DNA of 64,000 nucleotides from the human T2T-CHM13v2.0 reference genome, Homo sapiens. The stretch lies in the NCBI RefSeq assembly GCF_009914755.1, contig NC_060936.1, one strand, 5' to 3'. A program made the translations under genes and the position numbers. The first letter of the stretch is position 1; each line of letters starts with the position of its first letter. Of the stretch, positions 19,571-33,284 are shown piece after piece. The notes under the pieces are model-generated. The model made no database searches, was not told the DNA's origin, and worked only from the letters and a program-made list of their open reading frames with translations.

Positions 19571-19878
19571 TTTTTTCTTTTTTCTTTTCTTTTTTTTTTT
19601 TCAGACATAGTCTTGCTCTGTCACCCAGGCTGGACTGCAATGGCATGATCTCGGCTCACTGCAACATCTGCCTCCCAGGTTCAAACGATTCTCTTGCCTC
19701 GGATTCCTGAGTAGCTAGGATTACAGGCGCCTGCCACCATGCCCCACTAATTTTTTTATTTTTTGTAGAGACGGGGTTTTGCCAGGTTGATCAGGCTGGT
19801 CTCGAACTCCTGACCTCGTGATCCACCTGCCTCGGCCTCCCAGTGTTGGGATTATAGGAGTGAGCCACTGCACCTGGC
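19571..19878 (-). mobile_element. Alu
   Basis: Antisense dimeric Alu. Confidence 0.93.
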
Positions 19879-20455
19879 TTCTGTGGCTTTTCTGACATAC
19901 TCCATGCCTGACTTTGAGAAAGCCCTCAGGTGAAAGTCTTGGTTGTATGCAGTAGCAAGCATGTACTAGAATGATAAAAACCAAGGGGCTTACCACAAGA
20001 TCTCTCTATCTCTGTCTCTAGCTTTGTCTGCATACTGGCTTAATTTCTTCTTACTCAAGCCTTTTCTCCATAAGGCGAGGAACGTGGCCACAAAAGCTCC
20101 TGTATTTCTCACTACACACAATTCCTGTCATCACAGAGAATGATTAACTTGGTCTAGTTCCAGTTTGAAAAAATATTCAAGGGAAGAATTCTGATTGGCC
20201 AATTTAGGCCAGATGCTCATCCCTGGACCAATCAACTGAGGCCAGAGGGGTGGAGTCATTTGAGAACATTGCAGCCCCCATGAGAGCCACATGAGTGGAG
20301 TAGGAAGTGTGAGTCTCCATAGAGGGGAGGGCTGCTAGGCTGAAAAGGCAATAGATGTCTGCAGTGAAAAGAATAGATCAGGAGATACATTCTGTTAAAC
20401 CTGTTAATTATTTGAAAAAAAGAGAAACTTTCAATATACAGTCACAGTATACGTG

Positions 20456-20717
<262 letters not shown>

Positions 20718-20997
20718 TTACATTGTGGTTCCCCCAGAATGATTTATCAGAAAGGAAAAACTTACAATATGCGTATTTCCTATGCATAGGCTACTGCTAT
20801 GAATTGAAATTCTTAAATTCCAAAGATTAATTAAAATGTTTCTTAAGACACATAAACTGTTAGAATCTGCTTATAATGAGGCTGAAGTTGAGTAAGAAGA
20901 GAGCTGGCATTTAGGACATTACTTTTCTTCTGTCGAGTACTGTCAAGATTTGGTTCTGCCTGGAAGTAGATGCACCTCAAGGGAGGGTTGCATGTAA

Positions 20998-20999
<2 letters not shown>

Positions 21000-21036
<37 letters not shown>
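21000..21036. repeat. (TG)n microsatellite
   Basis: Perfect TG run. Confidence 0.95.
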
Positions 21037-21037
<1 letters not shown>

Positions 21038-21206
21038 TAGTTTCCAAAGATGGGTACAACTTTCTGCAAATGCTCGTGTAGTGTAATTGAACCAATCTTT
21101 TCTTTAAGAGGTAGAGTTTATACTCCTCTACATGAATCTGGGCTGCCTATGACTTGCTTTGGCCAGTGGAATGCTGCCAAAGTGATGGTGACCAACTTCT
21201 AGCCGT

Positions 21207-21977
<771 letters not shown>

Positions 21978-22954
21978 TAGTCTTAGGCCTTGAAAGCCCT
22001 CTCGTAGTTTCCATATTTTTGCCCTCTTGGATGCTGGCACCAAGCAAACCTTGGCTATCCTGCTTAAAGGGCCATTTGGAGAGGGGCTCTGGAGGGCGAG
22101 GGGCCACATGGAGGAAAACAAGCTTCCCCGGCTGACAACCAGCACCAACTGCCAGGCACATGCATGAGGCCGTCCTGGATGTTCCGCCCAGCTGGCCCTC
22201 CAGCTGCAGGTAGCCACACAAATGAGCCCAGGTTAAAGCAGCCAGGAAGTCCCCATGCAACTCACAGGGTCATGAGCAATAATGGCTTGTGGTGGTTTAA
22301 AGTTTCTAATTTTAGGTGCAATAGGTAACTGAAACAGCCCACAAGGGTGTGAGCCTGTGGAGGGTGCATTTCCCACCTGCTGAAGCTTCTCAATTCCCAG
22401 GATCCAATCCAGATAAGACTCTTGTTCTCAGTGTCCTTGATGGAAATGGCAATGAACTTTTTGCAGATTGGACCATCTCGGGAATCCCAAAGATCGGAAA
22501 CTATTTTCTTTCTCAGAATCTTCCACACAGCATTGAGCCTTAGGAATTTCTAAGAAGGATCTGGAATGAAAAAAAATCTTTTGAAAAGGTATTTGTATAG
22601 CTTCAGTTCAGCAAGATTCATGGCGGGTATTAGACTAAGTGCTGGTGTTAAGCCAAACCATGTTTTTCAAAGACTCATCTGGCCTCAAGGTTGGCAGGAT
22701 CAGAGTGGCCTCCCAGGATCTATCACATCCTCAGAAGAGTTGGTTCAACTGGCATATACCCAGATCTCTTTGAGCTAGTATGATACTCCCTTGAGTCAAA
22801 GGCTGCCACATCACATCTCCTTTAAGTCCCCCTAAATACGACCCCAGAAGTATTGACAAAATAGTGCTATTCCTGAAGATTTCAGGAGGACATAAATGAA
22901 GAGACTAAACTGCAAGGTACCAAAACTTCCATCTTTGCTAAAGACCCTCATCCA

Positions 22955-23255
<301 letters not shown>

Positions 23256-23508
23256 TTATCCAATGGTCGTGCCACTCTATCTGGCCATGTAATTTCTCCT
23301 CCTGGCTTTCTGTAGCAACAGGCTTCTGAGGAACCTCACTCTGCCTTTCAAAACCCCTTCAACTTGTACCCTTCATCAGCAAAGTACTTAGCTCAACATG
23401 TATGCCTCTGGAGGAACTCATCCCCATGCCATTTAAGGATATTTCCAGCAACATCATCTTCACTACCCCAGGACAGCATTTTAGAGTGGATTACGTGCCT
23501 GCTGGATG

Positions 23509-24062
23509 TGTTGTACTTGAGGGAGTTAGAGAAAATGCCACACTTTGAGACGAATTAAGAGTCTGTTTATTTAGCCAGCGGCTAAGAAATGGCTAACGTT
23601 TAAAGTTCTCTCGGCCTCGAAGAAGGGGCTAGATTTTCTTTTATACTTTGGTTTAGAAAGGGGAGGGGGGGAAATAGTTAAAACAATTTTACAGAAGTAG
23701 GCAAAAAAGTTAAAAGGAAAAACTGTTACAGGAAAGTAAACAGTTCTAGGTCTAGGGGCTTTAAGACTATTACAAGGTGATAGACGCCAGGCTTTGGGCG
23801 TTATCAATTGGACGAATTCCTGAGAACTGCAGATACTGCTCGCCACAGTATCTTATCAGTTAATTGCATTCTTGGATGTGCTGGGAGTCAGCTTGTACAA
23901 GTTAAGTCCTTGGGGAAGGGGCTGCCAGTGAAAGAGCCAAGATGGAGTCTGTCTGGCTCTCTTAGCTAAGGGAGAGTCAATTCAGGTGGAAATAAGGCTA
24001 GGTGATTAAAAGAAAGGGAGAGTCTAAGAACAGGGTTAGTAAAAACAAGGTTGGGCATTACA
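23509..24062 (-). repeat. 3' LTR (LTR6)
   Basis: Sense start TGTAATGCCCAACCTTGTTTTTACTAACCCTG; direct repeat of 30389-30943; preceded by the purine-rich PPT. Confidence 0.92.
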
Positions 24063-24086
24063 TTCCTCACTTGTGTTTTTGGGGAA

Positions 24087-25168
24087 TCAAATCGTTGACT
24101 CTTCAGTTATAACAAGGGGGTTATATTGAGTCTTAAGATACATAAGTTTGACAGAAACTATGTGTTGTTTTACAAAATTAATAAACTAATTTAATATACA
24201 AGGTCTAAAAATTAGACTTAATAGTAGGATTGGGAGGGGGTCTGGCTAACTTAGTAGTTAGAATAGTTAGCTCTGGGTTCTAGTTGAACATGCTTTGATA
24301 CTAGGGGATGTTATTTTCTTGTTCTTGTTGGCGCTTATCTAGATGTTCTTGCACTGTCTGGAGTGTATCTTTTATGACTAAGAATGGTGGAGGAACAGTT
24401 AAATCAACTTGTCAGGGTGTTTCTGGAACATAGGGTTACTTAGATCAGTTAAAGGCCTGATTGGCTTGGGTGGGCTTTATGAGACTAGGGTTTTTTTGGA
24501 TGGTGAACATAGTCTTAACATTAAATCCTGGGATATAAAATCTTAATCTTCATGACATGCCATGATACTATTGAGTTGAATTAAGGTCATGGACAGCTAT
24601 AGTAAGAGGATTACAATTTTTCTAGTACATAATTTAGGATGAGAAGCACGACTTGTGGAAAGAGTTGAAGATCTGGTTGATCTTTTAGAGTAGGTGGCTA
24701 AAGTTACACATGTCTAATCAGGGCAGAAAAACTGATAAGTATCTTGACAGCTAACATCAGGGTGATTTCTAGGACAGAGGTAAAAGCCAATATTTTGGAG
24801 TCTTTTTTCTGCACTTTTGGAGCCTCTACACTTAGTTTGGCTCTTGGAGTGTCTGAATCTTGCTGCAAGGTCGACACTTCCTGCTCCTGGGACTGACAGA
24901 TTGTGTTGCTTTTCGTGGGTATGGGCTGGCTTTGGGAATAGTACAAATAAATCCACTGCAAAGGAGACTTCTTTGGAGGTACTGGCCTTCTAAGTGGTGT
25001 TTGCAAATACACGTCCTGTTGTGAAAGAGGTGAGGAGAAAGGAGTAGGAAGGCACAGGGGATGTAACGGGCAAAAACAAGTAAGTGAGGTAGTAAAAAGG
25101 ATGAATCTAATGGCTTCACCTGACTTAGGTGCAGTTTTAAGGGGACTGACTTAGGCCTGGGGACTTAC
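24087..25168 (-). pseudogene. env: HERV-T env remnant (SU N-terminal half fused to TM C-terminal part)
   Basis: GRVFANTT*KASTSKEVSFAVDL...GAGSVDLAA...FYLCPRNHPDVSCQDTYQFFCPD*TCVTLATY; TM ENNIP*YQSMFN*NP...KTQYNPLVITEESTI*. Confidence 0.88.
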
Positions 25169-27190
25169 GTTTTTAGCTGGGATCTGTTGGCCTTTTTGAT
25201 GCAGGAGTGATGAATCTAACTAGGAATGCCATCTATTTTCAGAGCCACTGGTGTCCTGAGGATGACGGTGTGAGGTCTTTTCTAAGCAGGAGCGAGTCTT
25301 TCTTTTTGGAACTTTTTAACAAACGCTAGGTCTCCTGGCTGGAAAGAATGGCAGGACTTTGGTCAGGAATTGGATTGGGATGGGCTCCTCGAACAAGTGG
25401 CAGGATGATATCTTGTACCTGTTGGAGAGACTATAGGTACTGTAACAAATTAGTTTGTGATATTTCTGCTAATTTGGCATCTCTTAGCTTAGGCAAGATA
25501 GGCGGCGCCTTCTTATACATGATTTCAAAAGGTGAGAAATTCTCCGGGTAAGGGGTGCACCTTACTTTAAGTATGGCTAAAGGAAGGAGACTTACTTAAT
25601 TTACACTGTTTTTTTAAGATTAATTTTGTAGGAGTGTTTTTTAGGGTGTGGTTCATGCTTTCTACTTGCCTGGAGCTCTGGGGTTGATAGGCACAATGGA
25701 GCTTCTGTTGAATGCTTAACACCTTACTGACTGACTGAGCTATAGGTGAGGGGAAGGCTAGTCTATTATCAGACTTTATGGCAGCAGACAGCCTATATTG
25801 AGGGATGATTTCATTGAGTAAAAACTTAACTACTGTGTTGGTGGTTTCATTTTTGGTAGCAAATGCCTTAGTTTATCTGGAGAAGGTGTCTACTAGTACT
25901 AGAAGGTATTTGTACTAAGCCTGGTGTGGTTTTACTTCTGTAAAGTAAATTTCTTACTTTTTTCTTGGCGAGTTTTTTCAGAGACAGTGGCCTGGGCTGG
26001 GTTTAGGACTTTGTTTGGCATTTACTTGGGCGCAGGTTGTGCACTGGAGAGCTGCTTAATCTGTTAGGCTTTGAAGATGGGGGATCTTAAAATGGCTCTG
26101 GAGGAGCTGAGGTAGCTTTGCTCTTCTTAAATGGGTGGTAGACTGTAGGTAACTGATTAAAGTTTCTTTAAGAGTTCAGGGTATGAAGATTCCAGAGTCA
26201 GGAAGAATCTACTAACTTTCCTGATTTTTATTGGCTCTGAGATCTGAAGCCAGTTTTTTTGTTGTTGAGTGTACGGGATTGTCATGCAGATCTGGCTGTG
26301 GAAAGGAGACTGTAGGCAGCAAGTTTAGAGGCGTGACTGAAAGTCTCGCTGAGACCTGAGCTGCTGAATCAGCTTTCTGGTTACTATGGGCAATGGCTGT
26401 GTTTTCTTTTTGATGTCCTTTGCAGTGGATCACAGCTATCTGCTGAGGTGAGTAGCCTGCTTTCCTGGTAGATGGCTTTACGTACATGCACAGTAGCAAA
26501 GGCGTACTTGCTGTCACTGTAGATGTTAATACGTTTATTCTACTTTATCGGAGAGCCTGAGTGAGGGCGATCAATTCAGCCTTTTGTGCTGAGGTGTTCG
26601 CTGGTGAAGCTTGAGCTTACAACACATCTGTCTCTGTGGTAACAGCTGCACTGGCTTTTCATACTTCCTGCTTGAGGAAGCTGCTACTGTCTGTGAAAAC
26701 GGCGGCATCTGCCTCTTCTAGGGGCACAGCTTGAAGATCAGATCAGCCAGTTTCGATAGTTTCTAACAGTTCTTGACAGTCATGAGCAGGAATAGTGGAG
26801 TCTGAGTCAGGAAGTAGTGTAGCTGGATTGAAACACTTTGTGGGAGAGAAAGTCAAACGAGGCTGATCTAACAGTAAACTTTGATACTGCAAGATGCGAG
26901 CATTTGACATCTATTTGCCAGAAGCATTTTGTAGCAAGGTCTTTACGGCATGAGGAGCTGTAAGGGTTAAATTTGGGCTTAGAGTTAACTTATCATCTTC
27001 TTGGGCCAGGCTTGCTGTAGCCGCTATGGTTCGCAGACAACTTGGCCATCTACAGGCCACAGGATCTAGCCTCTTAAATAGGCCACTGGGCATCTTTAGG
27101 GTCTTAGAATCTGAGTGAGCCGTCTTTAGCAACTCCTTGGCTTTTTTGGAGATATTAGAGAGGGCTAAAGCAGGGGCTTCAGTTAACGCT
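25100..27190 (-). pseudogene. pol: HERV-T pol remnant (RT connection, RNase H, integrase)
   Basis: RNase H FTDSSS, TSAQKAELIAL, IHCKGHQK; integrase FTEVKP, YKYLLVLVDTFS, SDN, LHCAYQPQSSRQVE. Confidence 0.88.
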
Positions 27191-27193
27191 AAA

Positions 27194-28552
27194 TTAATGG
27201 GCTATTTCATTCTGTACTTCTTGGATAGTTGCCACTAAGATTTTTGTTTGTCTTTTGAATGCTTTATGAGTGGCCTTTTCAGCTGCCTGTGTTGCTTGTT
27301 TTTGTTTTTTAAACTTATGATTGTCAAAAACTTTTTGGGCTATTTCTGAAAGCTGACTGATATTTATTCTAGCAAATCTTTCTAGTTTTTGGAGTTTCTT
27401 TTTAATATCCGGGGCTGCCTGAGCCACAAATGCTAAATTAGGAGCACGGCTACTTTCGGGAGCTGCCGGGTCAAAAGGGGTGTAAATCCGATAAGCCTCC
27501 TGGAGGCGCTCTAAAAACGTTCTTGGTGACTTATCTGGCCTTTGGACAACTTCGGTCGTCTTAGACAAGTTTATGGGTTTCTGAGCGGCTCTTTTAATAC
27601 TTGTGAGAGGAGATACCAGTGAAAATCGTCTAAAGCTCCCTTTCTACTTGAAGAATTTGGGTCCCAGTTAGGCCGGGTAGAGGGAAAGACCTCCTCAAGG
27701 AGGTCTCTAGCTTCTTCCGGTCCACTGGCTGATGTGAGGAAGTACTTTTTGGCTTCTTTTCGGATACGTTCTTTCTTTTCAGAGGTGAAAAGGGTTAAAA
27801 GGAGCTGTTGGCAATCATCTTAGGTGGGTGAGTGAGTCCGGAGTACAGACTCTGTCAGAGAGGTCAAAGCCTGGGGCTTTTCAGAAAAGGGAGGATTATA
27901 AGTTTTCTAATTATGTAAGTCAAAAGTAGAAAAAGGGACACAAACTAAGAAGGGTGCTGAGCGCTCGTCACCTGGAGGGACTTGTGCCTCTCTCAGTGGT
28001 AGTAGAGGGGCTACTTCTTCCTGCCACGGTCATGATTGAGAGGCAATGGGTGGCGAGCCTACAGGGGACGTCGTCGAGGAGACATGGGATAACTTTAAGG
28101 GAGAAGGTTGGTTGTAAGGCGGTGGGACTGGGTGAGGGAGACTCCCCTCTTCTTCAGAGGGAGGCAGTACAGGGGAAGCTGAACCGGCTGAGGGTCGAGG
28201 CGAAAACGCGGTCTGGCTTAGGAGGACCTTGGAGGTAGAATTATGAATGGCGCATGAATGGAGCCATGGAGGGGGGATCCTGACTAATCTTAGCTATTGA
28301 TCAATGTAGGGAAACTGATCAGGGTGGCTAGGAGTTTCAGTAACAACCTGCCACACAGCTTGAAGAATTGCAAGTTTCAATGACCCTTCAGGGGGCCACT
28401 TGACTTTAAACTTTGGCCATTTTATTTTGCAGAGTGTCTGGAGCTTGCCTTTTTTAAGGCGGACTTTATAATCCTCTGAGGAACTGAGAGGAAAATTCTG
28501 CAGAATACATTGGAGAGGGCTTTAACTTTTATAAGGCTGGGAGGAAGTGTTT
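27194..28552 (-). pseudogene. gag: HERV-T gag remnant (MA, p12-like, CA)
   Basis: MA WPPEGS and HPDQFPYIDQ*; CA PT*DDCQQLLLTLFT; MHR QRPDKSPRTFLERLQEAYRIYTPFDP; FVAQAAPDIKKKLQKLE. Confidence 0.9.
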
Positions 28553-30368
28553 CTTTTTTTTTTTTTGAAGGCAATTTAATAAGATTTGAGCATAGATATT
28601 AAACTTAGCATGGACAGAGAAACATTTCTTGGGGGACTGGAGTAGTGAAAGAACAGAATCAACATGACTAGAAAGAGCAGAAAAACCACAACAGCTAATA
28701 CTACTTGCTACATTACTGTAGCTTTAAGATTGAGGGAGGAGGACTAGAGCCAGCCTGAGATCTTCTGGGTCAGTTTGATCTAGGCGTTCTTCTTCTTCTT
28801 CTAGATCTGCACTTTAAGTACTTTTGGTGTCTTTATGACTTAAAGGCAAATAGCTTAAACTTAGCTTTTTCTTTTAAGGGTTTAAGGAGTGAGAGCAGAG
28901 CCAAGTCCTGGAGACGCTGAACTTGCTGTCGCACCGGAAAACGAGATGTGCGGGGTAGGGGGCAGGGACAAGGTGGAAAAGGACTACTCGGATCATTTTT
29001 AAGATGGGAGAGTAGCCACAGAGGAACAGAGTAAGAATCTAAACGAAGTAAAGCAGTACGGGCGTACATTTCTTTACATAGTGTTCTACTTCAGGGCACA
29101 GGAAAAGTTACAGAATGACAAAAGAGGTGAGTAAGGAAATCTGCAGGGTGGCTGTTTTGAACTCACTACTGGTTTAGTTTAGAGGAGGTCTAATCACTTG
29201 GACGTGGAGTGTGACGATCTAAATACTTACAACTTTCATGGTGCTAGAAATCTTAATCAGGCAAATGTTTTTCACACTTGTTCTTGTAACAACACTTGAC
29301 TTGGTTCTGGCAGAAAAGACAGGACTGTGGTGGCCAGCCTAAATGATTGATGAGAAATTTCACCTCCTGTGACAAAAAATCAGCACTAAGGACTTTGAAG
29401 AAGTTTTTACTTAGATGTCTTGGGCAATATCACCGTCCTGACATGCAAAACTTTCACAACTACTAAGAAGACAATAGAAACTGAACAGAACAATCAATAT
29501 AAAACAAACAATTGACTTTAAGGCATGTAAACAGTTATGACAGTTTCTTCCTTTTTTTTTTTTTTAATAGACAGACAAGGGGAGGGGTTCCTGTGATGGG
29601 ATCAGTCAGATGCCTGCCTGGCCGCTCCCCGTGAGGGGACTTGGGCTCCTCTTAGCATTGGCAGGCCGGTATAAACTTCCGGCTCAGATTGAGCTATGCC
29701 TGATGCTGCCTTAAGCCTTATGAGGTCGCCAAGGAACCGCAGGTGAGGGTCTACTTGAACTCCGTCGCTTTCGCCGTAGAGCTACAAACTGGAGGACAAG
29801 CGCAAGCCCTTGTCCTCCCTCATTCATTCATTATTCACAAAGAGTTTATAACAGTTTTTTTTTTTCTTTCTTGGAGTTTCTTCAAGAAACTTGAAGAAGA
29901 GAAAGAGGAGAGATAGAAAAAGACAGAGAGAGAGAGAGAGTGACCGGTCTGCCAGAAACCAGGACTCAGTCCTCCAGCATCCTGGGATGTGGACTGAGTC
30001 AAGGGAGGACCCCTGTCAGGGCCACTTCCCTCCTAGAAAGAGACACAGAGGTGCCTAACAGAAAACCAGGGCTCTACCTTCTAGCTTCCTAGAGAAACGG
30101 GCAGAGTCAAAAGAGGGACGCCCTCATCAGGGCCGCTTCCCTCTTACTAGAACTGAAATCAAATCTGACCTACCTGACCTCGGGGTCAGAAGTTGAGGAC
30201 TCAGAGGTGGAATTTTTGTGGGCATCCACACGGTAGTCGATCCGCTCTCCTCTGGAAGACGGTCACCTTTTGGGGACCTGAAAATTTTTTTTCAGGTGGC
30301 ACCCCCACTACAAGCCGGCCGTCCTTCCGGGGGAGCCCGGAGCGAGCCCGGCTCTCGCCTGGTGGCGT

Positions 30369-30386
30369 TTCTCGCTCGGGCCTCCA
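30369..30386 (-). promoter_or_regulatory. Primer binding site, tRNA-Thr type
   Basis: Sense TGGAGGCCCGAGCGAGAA, 2 nt after the 5' LTR; near match to the complement of the tRNA-Thr 3' end (TGGAGGCCCCAGCGAGAT as recalled). Confidence 0.8.
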
Positions 30387-30388
30387 AA

Positions 30389-30943
30389 TGTTGTACTTGA
30401 GCGAGTTAGAGAAAATGCCACACTTTGACATGAATTAAGTCTGTTTATTTAGCTGGCGGCCAAGAGATGGCTAACTCTTAAAGTTCTCTTGGCCCCGAAG
30501 AAGGGGCTAGATTTTCTTTTATACTTCAGTTTAGAAAGGGGAAAGGGGTGTAGTTAAAAGAATTTTACAGAAGTAAAGTAGGCAAAAAAGTTAAAAGGAT
30601 AAATTGTTACAGGAAAGTAAACAGTTCTAGGTCTAAGGGCTTGAAGACTATTACAAAGTGATAGACGTGGGGCTTTAGGCATTATCAATCGGACAAATTC
30701 CTAGGAACTGCGGATATTGCTCGCCACAGTATCTTATCAGTTAATTGCACTCTTAGATGTGCTAAGAGTCAGCTTGCACAAGTTAAGTCCTTGAGGAAGG
30801 GGCTGCCAGTGAAAAAGCCAAGATAAAGTCTGTCTAGCTCTCTTAGCTAAAAGAAAGTCAATTCAGGTAGAAACAAGGCTAAGTGATTAAAAGAAAAGGA
30901 AAGTCTAAGAACAAAGTTAATAAAAACAAGGTTAGGCATTACA
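30389..30943 (-). repeat. 5' LTR (LTR6)
   Basis: Direct repeat of 23509-24062, adjacent to the PBS. Confidence 0.92.
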
Positions 30944-31137
30944 GATGGGGTCATCCTGACATTCAGCACAGTGTTTGTCCTGAAACTTCAATGGAGTGCT
31001 CCTAGTTTGATAACTTGAACCATGCCAAATAAATTGAATTTCTCTTTCTTAACAACAGATGTTTGAATACAGCCCCGTGTCCCTCTCTGCTCCTTCCTGC
31101 CTTCCTCCTCTCCTCTTCCTTCCCTTCCTTTTCAAGA

Positions 31138-31770
31138 GCAGGGTTTGCAAGCTTTTACTTGAAAGCATCAGATAGTAAATATTTTAGAATTCGTGGGCCA
31201 TACAGTCTCTTGTAGTAGTTAATCAACTCTGCCACCCATAGCATGAAAGCAGCTGATATAGGTTGAATATGTGTCCCCACCCAAATCTCATGTTGCAATG
31301 TAATCCCCAGTGCTAGAGGTGGGGCCTTGTGGGAAGAGATTGGATCATGGGGGTGGATTTCTCATGAATGATTTAGCGTCATCCTTTTGGTCCTGTCCTT
31401 GCAATAGTGAGTGAGTTCCTGCAAGATCTGGTTGTTTACGAGTGTGTAGCACCTCCCTCCTTACTCTCTTGCTCCCACTTCAGCTTCTGCCATCATTGTA
31501 AGTTTCCTGAGGCCTCCACAGAAGCTCAGCAGATGTCAGTGTCATGCTCCCTGTACAGCCTACAAAACTGTGAGCCAATTAAAACTCTTTTCTTTATACA
31601 TTACCCAGTCTCAGGTATTTCTTCATAGCATGAGAGAACAGCCTAATCCAGCAGCCATAGACAATATGTAGCAAATGGGCATGGCTGTGTTTCAATAAAA
31701 CTTTATTGACAAAAACATGTGCAGGCAGGTCAGATTTGGCCCATGGGCCATAGTGTCCCAACCTCTGCTC
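31138..31770. mobile_element. MER58-like DNA transposon split by an MST LTR
   Basis: gcagggtttgcaa...gatagtaaatattttag...; ...aataaaactttatt.acaaaaaca...gatttggcccatgggccatag. Confidence 0.7.
31254..31650 (+). mobile_element. MST (MaLR) solo LTR
   Basis: tgatata...ccccacccaaatctcatgttg...gtgagccaattaaa...ccagtctcaggtatttc; 5-bp TSD gcagc. Confidence 0.85.
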
Positions 31771-31810
31771 TGGAATATTCTCTTTAGCCTGGATGGACAT
31801 CTCTAGGGTG

Positions 31811-32264
<454 letters not shown>

Positions 32265-33284
32265 TGACCATTGCTTATTTGGTTTGACTTTCATTTTCTT
32301 CCCCATTGTGGTAGTCATTTTCTGAATGCCTGTTAGTTTTTCCATCTCTCTCCTCTGTAGTCCCTAGAGTCAGATGAACTCCTCTGCAGGTGCAATGGTG
32401 TAACACACTCTAGTGCTGAATTTTGAGCAGGAGAAAGAGAGCAAGAGTGACCAGTACCCTTGGAAACTCTGGCCTCCTGAGAATTTGGTGTCTTCTCTGC
32501 AAAGGTTGCAAACCTGTTAACCCACAGGCCGGAGAGAGAGAGAAGCCAGAATCATGATCTCTTAAGCTTGAGTTTAATATTTGATGCACAGAGATCACTG
32601 AGTTTTTTGATAAGAATTAGAGGGGGAAGAAATGGCCACAGAGATCAATTTCTATCTCCAGGTGAGGATTCAGGAGATAATTCTGCCAACAGAAATTCCT
32701 GAGAACTGAGATGGGGGAAATCGCTGGTATTAGAAGGGTGAAAAGGTCAGTAATTAAGGCTACGACTGTGCTCTTAGAGGCAAAAGGAGAAAATGAGACT
32801 GCCAGGCATGAATAATGAGAAATCTTTGATGGAATTAGCCATGCAGAACAGATACTAAATGCATCCTCATTCTTCTCATAGTCAAAAGTTTTTGCTTAAG
32901 CTGGATGGGAAAAAGAGAATCCCATTTCACTAAGCATAAAAGAGGGGATTTTAGAGAAGGTCTCAGAAGAAAGAGATGTGGCGGTTTGGTGAAACTCACC
33001 AGAGGCTGAACCCTCTCCGGCATAACACAGGGATTGGGAGGAGCAGGGAAGCATTAGGCCAGGTGCATAGCCCAGTGCTGCTCTCTCTGGACTTGTTTGC
33101 TAGCTGAGCTCATCCATTTGCATAATTTTCAGCGCCATTTCTCAGCTGATGAGTCCTGAACTTTTGTCTTGAGGCTAGACTTCTCCTTCAAACAGCAGTC
33201 TTAAACACTCAACTTCTTTCTTGTTTTTTCCACTTGTCAACTCATGAACACCTCAACCTTCTTAAATCCAAAGCCAAACTCATG

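Larger units (their letters stand above)
23509..30943 (-). mobile_element. HERV-T (HERVS71/LTR6) provirus, internally deleted and hypermutated
   Basis: Two ~555-bp LTRs with TG...CA ends, 4-bp TSD GATG (23505-23508 and 30944-30947), tRNA-Thr-type PBS, gammaretroviral gag/pol/env remnants. Confidence 0.93.

Noticed and set aside
24704-25119. Expressible HERV-T Env or receptor-blocking SU
   Set aside because: Start codon lost, signal region frameshifted, Trp codons converted to stops
30369-30386. tRNA gene
   Set aside because: Only an 18-nt retroviral primer binding site
23509-30943. Dating the provirus from LTR-LTR divergence
   Set aside because: Many differences appear to be directional editing that predates integration, which would inflate the age
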